DNA of 11,594 bases, from IMG/VR virus record IMGVR_UViG_2737471843_000006, positions 1 to 11,594 of that record. One strand, written 5' to 3'. Positions 6,995-11,594 of this stretch are shown here, one piece after another; position 1 is the first letter of the stretch; each line of letters begins with the position of its first letter. The notes under the pieces were generated by a model. It did no database searches, had not been told where the DNA came from, and saw only the letters and a list, made by a program, of their open reading frames with translations. The DNA comes from a virus (Duplodnaviria; Heunggongvirae; Uroviricota; Caudoviricetes). Both the position numbers and the translations under genes were made by a program.

Positions 6995-7957
6995 ATGAGC
7001 AGCAAGCTTCATGGTCTTGTCTGGGAAGGGTGCGCCTTCACCGGCATGATCTTATCCAGGGTGGCGGTTATGGCCCGTCTTGCAGACTACAGCAATGACG
7101 AGGGCGTGTCATGGCCTGCCATTGAAACTATCCGGCGTCAGATCGGTGCAAGAAGTGAATCCACAGTGAAATCGGCTATTGCAGAACTGGCGAAAGAGGG
7201 CTGGCTGACGAAGGAAGAGCGTAAGGTCGGTGGGCGTAATGTAAGCAATATCTATCGGCTTAATGTGGAAAAACTCGAAGCAGCTGCGGCGGCGGCGCGT
7301 GAGTCATATAAACCGAAAAGAAAAATTAGCCCGGCAAAAAATGACCAGTTAACAGTTGACCCGTCAAATATTGACCCCTCAACGGTTGACCCGTCAAATT
7401 TTGATGGATCAACTGTTGATAAAAAACTGCCGATTAGGGGGGCGATGATTGACCCCGATCCGTCAGTATTAAAACCTGATCCGTCAGATAAAAGATCTTC
7501 TTGTCCGGACGCTTCGCAACCGGACCCGCAGACGGCTGAACAGGATTTTTTAACCCGACACCCTGACGCGGTTGTGTTCAGTGCGAAAAAACGCCAGTGG
7601 GGAAGTCAGGAAGATTTGGTGTGCGCACAGTGGATCTGGGGACGAATCGTGAGTCTTTACGAGCAGGCGGCCAGCGATGATGGCGAGATCACTAGACCGA
7701 AAGAACCCAACTGGACAGCATGGGCCAATGACGTTCGCACAATGCGGATGCTGGATGGCAGAACTCACAGACAAATTTGTGAAATGTTTGGGCGTCTCCA
7801 GCGGGATTCGTTCTGGGTAAAAAACATCATGAGTCCGGCAAAACTCCGGGAAAAATGGGATGAACTGGTTATCCGCCTGGGGCGTTCGCCTGCGCAGCGT
7901 TGCGTGAATCACATTTCTGAACCGGACACTGAAATTCCGCCGGGCTTCAGGGGGTAA
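6995..7957 (+). CDS. Replication initiation protein: N-terminal winged-helix domain, repeat-containing linker, DnaT-like C-terminal domain
   Basis: N-terminus LSRVAVMARLADYSNDEGVSWPAIETIRRQIGARSESTVKSAIAELAKEGWL is typical of phage/plasmid initiator wHTH domains. C-terminus ...VNHISEPDTEIPPGFRG resembles the C-terminus of E. coli primosomal protein DnaT. Start could instead be GTG 6980; ATG 6995 follows a G-rich stretch. Confidence 0.75.
   Translation: MSSKLHGLVWEGCAFTGMILSRVAVMARLADYSNDEGVSWPAIETIRRQIGARSESTVKSAIAELAKEGWLTKEERKVGGRNVSNIYRLNVEKLEAAAAAARESYKPKRKISPAKNDQLTVDPSNIDPSTVDPSNFDGSTVDKKLPIRGAMIDPDPSVLKPDPSDKRSSCPDASQPDPQTAEQDFLTRHPDAVVFSAKKRQWGSQEDLVCAQWIWGRIVSLYEQAASDDGEITRPKEPNWTAWANDVRTMRMLDGRTHRQICEMFGRLQRDSFWVKNIMSPAKLREKWDELVIRLGRSPAQRCVNHISEPDTEIPPGFRG
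7355..7420. repeat. Iteron array (putative replication origin) inside the initiator gene
   Basis: 15-bp perfect direct repeat GTTGACCCGTCAAAT at 7355-7369 and 7385-7399. Degenerate copies TTGACCCCTCAA (7371-7382) and TTGATGGATCAA (7401-7412) give a 15-16 bp period. Each unit has internal dyad symmetry TTGAC..GTCAA. A further repeat GATCCGTCAG lies at 7457-7466 and 7478-7487. Confidence 0.5.
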
Positions 7958-7997
7958 GTGTTAATTTCTGGTCATGAGGTAATTTTCAGGAGGGCTT

Positions 7998-8420
7998 GTG
8001 GCAAAAGTTTTTACACAAGAAGAGCGGGAAAAAATTAAAGGGCAGGTTGTTGAACTCGTACGCCAGAGTGGGCGCGAGACGTTACGACAACTGGAAACTA
8101 AAACTGGGGCAACAAGATATCTGATGAGCGTTCTCGCCAGAGAGCTGGTTGCCAGTGGCGACGTATATAACTCCGGCTACGGGTTATTACCGTCAGAACA
8201 GGCTCGTAAGGACTGGCAAAATGCCCGCAAAAAACTATCCAGGGCAAAGGTGAAGAAACCATCTGTGGTTGATCCTGACCTTATCTGGTCATTACCTGAC
8301 GGAGAAATACGTCGCTACGACAGGAGTATGAACATAATCTGTCACGAGTGCCGGAAGAGTGAGGTTATGCAGCGAGTGCTGGCGTTTTATCAGGGTAATT
8401 ATCAGGAGGTGATGCTGTGA
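7998..8420 (+). CDS. Hypothetical protein (140 aa), possible winged-helix DNA-binding protein, coupled to the downstream methyltransferase
   Basis: GTG start at 7998 with AGGAGG SD at 7988-7993. Segment RETLRQLETKTGATRYLMSVLARELVASGDV is HTH-like. Its stop TGA (8418-8420) overlaps the GTG start (8417) of the methyltransferase. Confidence 0.55.
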   Translation: MAKVFTQEEREKIKGQVVELVRQSGRETLRQLETKTGATRYLMSVLARELVASGDVYNSGYGLLPSEQARKDWQNARKKLSRAKVKKPSVVDPDLIWSLPDGEIRRYDRSMNIICHECRKSEVMQRVLAFYQGNYQEVML

Positions 8421-8890
8421 GTGCACCGGCAACCATTCTTGATATGTGCTGCGGCAGCCGCATGTTCTGGTTTGATAAGAATGACGACCGGGCGATATTT
8501 AGCGATATCAGAAAGGAAGAGCACACATTGTGTGATGGACGACGCCTGATTATCAGTCCTGATCTGATAGCTGATTTTCGTGCACTACCATTTGCAGACG
8601 CATCTTTTTCGATGGTTATATTCGATCCTCCGCATCTTGAGCGTGTTGGTGATAACGCCTGGATGGGAAAGAAATATGGACGGCTGAATAAAGATACCTG
8701 GCGTGATGATTTGCGGCAGGGATTTAAAGAAGCCTTTCGTGTGTTGCGTCCATACGGCGTTCTGATTTTTAAATGGAATGAAACGCAAATACCTGTTCGC
8801 CAGATATTGGTGCTGACCGACAGAAAACCTGTTATCGGTCAACGAACAGGAAAAAACGATAAAACCCACTGGATTATTTTTATGAAATAG
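8417..8890 (+). CDS. Minimal SAM-dependent methyltransferase (157 aa) with DPPH catalytic motif; likely orphan DNA (N6-A or N4-C) or nucleic-acid amino-methyltransferase
   Basis: Motif I-like ILDMCCGSRMFWF (G-x-G type SAM loop), acidic motif II (IFSDIRKEE) and motif IV VIFDPPH. No obvious target-recognition domain. AGGAGG SD 7 nt upstream of the GTG start. Confidence 0.7.
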   Translation: MSAPATILDMCCGSRMFWFDKNDDRAIFSDIRKEEHTLCDGRRLIISPDLIADFRALPFADASFSMVIFDPPHLERVGDNAWMGKKYGRLNKDTWRDDLRQGFKEAFRVLRPYGVLIFKWNETQIPVRQILVLTDRKPVIGQRTGKNDKTHWIIFMK

Positions 8891-9011
8891 GCATCCAGTG
8901 AGTAGGTTAGTAAGGTTACAGATACGTATATCTGAATAATTAAATTCAGTTCTGTAAATAAAATTTAATCCTTAACCGGAGGGATTTCTGCACCCTCAGA
9001 ACATCAGGAGG

Positions 9012-9027
9012 CCGCCCGAAAGGGCGG
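9012..9027 (+). promoter_or_regulatory. GC hairpin with GAAA tetraloop between an SD-like AGGAGG and the start codon of the downstream gene
   Basis: CCGCCC (9012-9017) / GGGCGG (9022-9027) stem, loop GAAA. AGGAGG at 9006-9011 and ATG at 9037. The hairpin leaves an effective 9-nt spacer. No U-tract follows, so it is not a classic terminator. Confidence 0.35.
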
Positions 9028-9036
9028 TAACAAATA

Positions 9037-9513
9037 ATGCAAGAAATCAAAGAAAATATCAGGCAACAGCTTTACGGGTTTTATATTGCTTATGATTTGT
9101 GGCTGAAGAACGGGGCAAAACCCGGCGGAGTGTTTTCTCAAAATTATGGTTTATGCGCCAATCTTTTCGATTATCTCACATTAATTGGTACCCCCTGTGA
9201 GGCAGCGCTGGAGCAATTACACGCTGATTTCAGAAGTGCCGGGCTGAATGAGGCGTTGCCGTTTAACGAGGGTAAAGAGCATTACCATGAAGAAAGAGGG
9301 CACAACATGTGCCATATGAATCCGGCACGAGTGGCGTGGGTCAGGGCGCAGACAGGGCAGCCAGCGCCGGAAGGACTGGTTAAAGCGGTGCGTTTTTATG
9401 AGCAGGTAAAACGTGAGAACCCGCCAGTCGAAACAGGAGCATGGAAAGACGCTGTTGACTGGGTGCTCAAAGAGGCTTGCCAGGCTGTAAACATTGGCAT
9501 CAAAGGAGAGTGA
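9037..9513 (+). CDS. Hypothetical protein (158 aa)
   Basis: ORF starts after the AT-rich intergenic region and SD-hairpin arrangement. No motif I can name. Stop TGA (9511-9513) lies 2 nt before the next ATG. Confidence 0.6.
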   Translation: MQEIKENIRQQLYGFYIAYDLWLKNGAKPGGVFSQNYGLCANLFDYLTLIGTPCEAALEQLHADFRSAGLNEALPFNEGKEHYHEERGHNMCHMNPARVAWVRAQTGQPAPEGLVKAVRFYEQVKRENPPVETGAWKDAVDWVLKEACQAVNIGIKGE

Positions 9514-9515
9514 GA

Positions 9516-10007
9516 ATGCAAATTTCACCGGTTACTCTTCGTGTTGCGAAGGCGTTTATATCCAGACATCACCGACACAATAAACCACCTGTTGGGCATA
9601 AATTCAGCATTGGTCTGATAAATGATGCCGGAGAATTGATAGGTGTGGCGACAGCTGGTCGACCTGTTGCACGACATTTGGACGATGGATTAACGCTTGA
9701 AGTAAATCGCACATGTACCACAGGAGAACGCAACGCTAACAGCGCGCTTTATGGTGCTGTCTGGCGAGCAGCAAAAGCTATGGGTTATCAACGTTGTATT
9801 ACGTACACCCAGGCAGATGAATCAGGAGCATCTCTTCGCGCAGCTGGTTTTGTTCGTGTGAAAGAGCTTCCTCCAAGAAAAAGCTGGGCGGAATCAAGCG
9901 TCGCCCTGCGGAGTAAACGCGATCCGGTCGGAAACGGTGGTGTTCCTCGTGTGCTCTGGGAAATCAGGAGAATGAGTACCACTGGCATTCGCATCAAAGG
10001 AGAGTGA
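9516..10007 (+). CDS. GNAT-fold-like protein (163 aa), possible N-acetyltransferase
   Basis: ATG 9516 with AGGAG SD 7 nt upstream. Segment LEVNRTCTTGERNANSALYGAVWRAAKAMGYQRCITYT fits the GNAT beta4-loop-alpha3-beta5 core, but the canonical Q/R-x-x-G-x-G/A motif is not clear. Confidence 0.5.
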   Translation: MQISPVTLRVAKAFISRHHRHNKPPVGHKFSIGLINDAGELIGVATAGRPVARHLDDGLTLEVNRTCTTGERNANSALYGAVWRAAKAMGYQRCITYTQADESGASLRAAGFVRVKELPPRKSWAESSVALRSKRDPVGNGGVPRVLWEIRRMSTTGIRIKGE

Positions 10008-10020
10008 TATGGCAACTTTG
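9991..10020 (+). repeat. Gene-boundary repeat, copy A (AAAGGAGAGTGATATGGCAACTTTG)
   Basis: 25 nt at 9996-10020 are identical to 10654-10678. GCATCAAAGGAGAGTGA (9991-10007) is also shared with 9497-9513. The repeat spans the last codons, stop, SD and first codons at gene junctions. Confidence 0.6.
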
Positions 10021-10296
10021 CAGGAATTAATCGACCTGACGCCAGAACAGGAAAAAGCGTGGAATCGCCTTGTGAAGGCTGTAAAGGATTTCAGGGCAGC
10101 CGGAGGAAAGTTTTATAGCGTCCTGGACACGCTGAGCGCATACAACGGCGAGCACGTTGCCAGCATTGATAACGATAAGGGCTACCACACTGCAAGCGTC
10201 TATATGCCTAGCATTGATGCGCCAGGGCTAACCAGTTGGGCTGATGATTGGCACGGCATCACGCTGAAAGATGGGGTTGAAGTGGATGAGGACTAA
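10009..10296 (+). CDS. Hypothetical protein (95 aa)
   Basis: ATG 10009 with AGGAG SD 8 nt upstream, inside the boundary repeat. Stop TAA at 10294-10296, 3 nt before the next ATG. Confidence 0.55.
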   Translation: MATLQELIDLTPEQEKAWNRLVKAVKDFRAAGGKFYSVLDTLSAYNGEHVASIDNDKGYHTASVYMPSIDAPGLTSWADDWHGITLKDGVEVDED

Positions 10297-10299
10297 CAC

Positions 10300-10665
10300 A
10301 TGACTACTTTTACCGACAAAGAAATGATTAAAGAAATCAAAGAGCGTATAGGCAGCCTGGACGTCCGAGACAATATTGAGCGTCGGGCTTATGAAATCGC
10401 ACTGGCATCGCTGGAGGCAGAACCAGTTGCTTATATTTTCAAACATCCGGCCGGGAAATTATTCTGGGCTTTAACGGATGAAAGCAATAAAGAGCAATCG
10501 GACGTTATTCCTGTTTATGCCGCCCCTCCAGTGCCAGTAGTACCTGAAGAAAAACCAATGCCTAACCCTCTTAAAATGTACGCGGTTGATGCTGTTGCCG
10601 CTATTGCAGAGGTGAGAGGCTGGAACGCCTGTCGTGCCGCTATGCTTCAGGGGAAAGGAGAGTGA
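10300..10665 (+). CDS. Hypothetical protein (121 aa), paralog of the truncated ORF at 10941
   Basis: GAGG SD 8 nt upstream. Shares motifs IALASLEAEPVA, PxPVVP and ACRAAMLQ with the ORF at 10941. Ends in KGE-stop inside a boundary repeat. Confidence 0.55.
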   Translation: MTTFTDKEMIKEIKERIGSLDVRDNIERRAYEIALASLEAEPVAYIFKHPAGKLFWALTDESNKEQSDVIPVYAAPPVPVVPEEKPMPNPLKMYAVDAVAAIAEVRGWNACRAAMLQGKGE

Positions 10666-10678
10666 TATGGCAACTTTG
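10654..10678 (+). repeat. Gene-boundary repeat, copy B (AAAGGAGAGTGATATGGCAACTTTG)
   Basis: Identical 25-mer to 9996-10020. It contains the stop of the 121-aa gene, the SD and the MATL start of the next gene. Confidence 0.6.
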
Positions 10679-10930
10679 ACAAAAAAAGAACAAGCATGGT
10701 TGAACGAATTACAGGACGTTCTTGATCGCTGCCCATCACCGAAAAAAATTGGTTTTTACACCATTGGCGATAAAAGCATTTACCTGTATGACCTGCGCCG
10801 CATGGATGAAATCATGGAGGCTCTTGATAATCGTTCGTCAATGGATTGGTGTGTTGCTGTCCATGATATGAATGCCGGATTTGAAGAAAAGATTTTGTTC
10901 CCCTCGTCAGTTGAAAGCACTGCGGGTTAA
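10667..10930 (+). CDS. Hypothetical protein (87 aa from ATG 10667)
   Basis: ATG 10667 with AGGAG SD 8 nt upstream. The track ORF starts at 10634 but that ATG lies inside the previous gene and has no SD. N-terminus MATLTKKEQAW resembles that of the 10009 gene. Confidence 0.5.
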   Translation: MATLTKKEQAWLNELQDVLDRCPSPKKIGFYTIGDKSIYLYDLRRMDEIMEALDNRSSMDWCVAVHDMNAGFEEKILFPSSVESTAG

Positions 10931-10940
10931 GGAGTAACAC

Positions 10941-11594
10941 ATGACCACTATTACCAAAGAGCGACTGCTGACAATCAAGCAGTGGCGCGAAACATACGGA
11001 CCTGGTAGCAACGTTGTACTGCCAGCAGAAGAAGCGGAAGAGCTGGCACGGATTGCTCTGGCATCGCTGGAAGCAGAACCGGTGGCATGGACTGATGAAG
11101 AGGAACTGCGCGATGTCAGGAAGTATGGTTTCGGTGAGATATTTCAGTGTCCGCCAGATAAATATGCGGACCCGCGTCGTGTAATCTCGCTGTATCGCGA
11201 GCTGCCAGCACCGGTAGTGCCAGATGATTGGCAACTCGTACCTAAGAAAATAACACTGGAAATGGAATGTGCTCTATCAAAAGCTGATAGCTATGAAATT
11301 GGTTGGCTATGGGCATTGGCAGCCGCACCTAAATACGAAGTACAGAACGCTAAACGCGTGCAAAACGCGCTTAACGCCTGCCGCGCCGCCATGCTTCAGT
11401 CCGGAAACTTTCGGGAAAACAAGAATTCGTCAACCAATAATTTTCGGGAAATCGCGGAAACGTCAACCAACTCTCCGGTAATTCCTGATGAGGTGTTGTC
11501 CGCAATCCGGGAGGTTGCCAGGATTCGCGCCGATTTCGATGATTTTGACGGTGACAGGCGAGGTATCGGTGATTGCCTGGATGAGGCCGAGCAA
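10941..11594 (+). CDS. Hypothetical protein, 3'-truncated by the window end (at least 218 codons), paralog of 10300-10665
   Basis: ATG 10941 with AAGGAG SD 6 nt upstream. Open frame runs to the window end with no stop, so it is absent from the ORF track. Shares IALASLEAEPVA, PAPVVP and ACRAAMLQ with the 121-aa protein. Contains a 33-bp tandem repeat at 11405-11470. Confidence 0.55.
   Translation, partial: MTTITKERLLTIKQWRETYGPGSNVVLPAEEAEELARIALASLEAEPVAWTDEEELRDVRKYGFGEIFQCPPDKYADPRRVISLYRELPAPVVPDDWQLVPKKITLEMECALSKADSYEIGWLWALAAAPKYEVQNAKRVQNALNACRAAMLQSGNFRENKNSSTNNFREIAETSTNSPVIPDEVLSAIREVARIRADFDDFDGDRRGIGDCLDEAEQ

Noticed and set aside
6554-7012. 152-aa minus-strand ORF antisense to the ydaT-like gene
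   Set aside because: Low-complexity, Pro/Ser/Arg/His-rich translation with no SD, lying entirely opposite a well-supported gene.
1-11594. Search for tRNA, rRNA, CRISPR repeats, IS elements and att sites
   Set aside because: No T-loop or cloverleaf candidates, no regularly spaced direct repeats with spacers, no terminal inverted repeats flanking a transposase. The attachment site should lie beyond position 1, outside the window.

Overview
This window reads as the left arm, immunity region and early replication/nin-like region of a lambdoid, Rac-like prophage from an enterobacterium, judged from protein motifs and gene order only (no database search was possible). Minus-strand early-left operon, right to left: pL-like promoter, three tiny genes, a ~570-bp structured GC-rich non-coding island, two translationally coupled tiny genes, an 813-aa nuclease with a C-terminal DEDDh 3'-5' exonuclease domain, xis and a lambda-family int whose stop codon sits at position 1-3. 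The HTH repressor (RacR-like, 5639-6115) is bracketed by a 22-bp inverted repeat that carries TTGACA -35 boxes and ATTAGGC-N3-GCCTAAT operator palindromes on both sides. Plus-strand operon: Cro-like YdaS, YdaT, a replication initiator with iterons inside its coding sequence and a DnaT-like C-terminus, a coupled winged-helix-like protein plus minimal SAM methyltransferase, then a string of tightly packed small genes joined by repeated boundary sequences, ending in a 3'-truncated ORF. No rRNA, tRNA, CRISPR array or IS element was seen. The best candidates for undescribed biology are the stand-alone DEDDh nuclease with no annealase partner, the wHTH + minimal methyltransferase pair, the 158-aa + GNAT-fold-like coupled pair, and the structured non-coding island inside the early-left operon. 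I could not decide between them from sequence alone.
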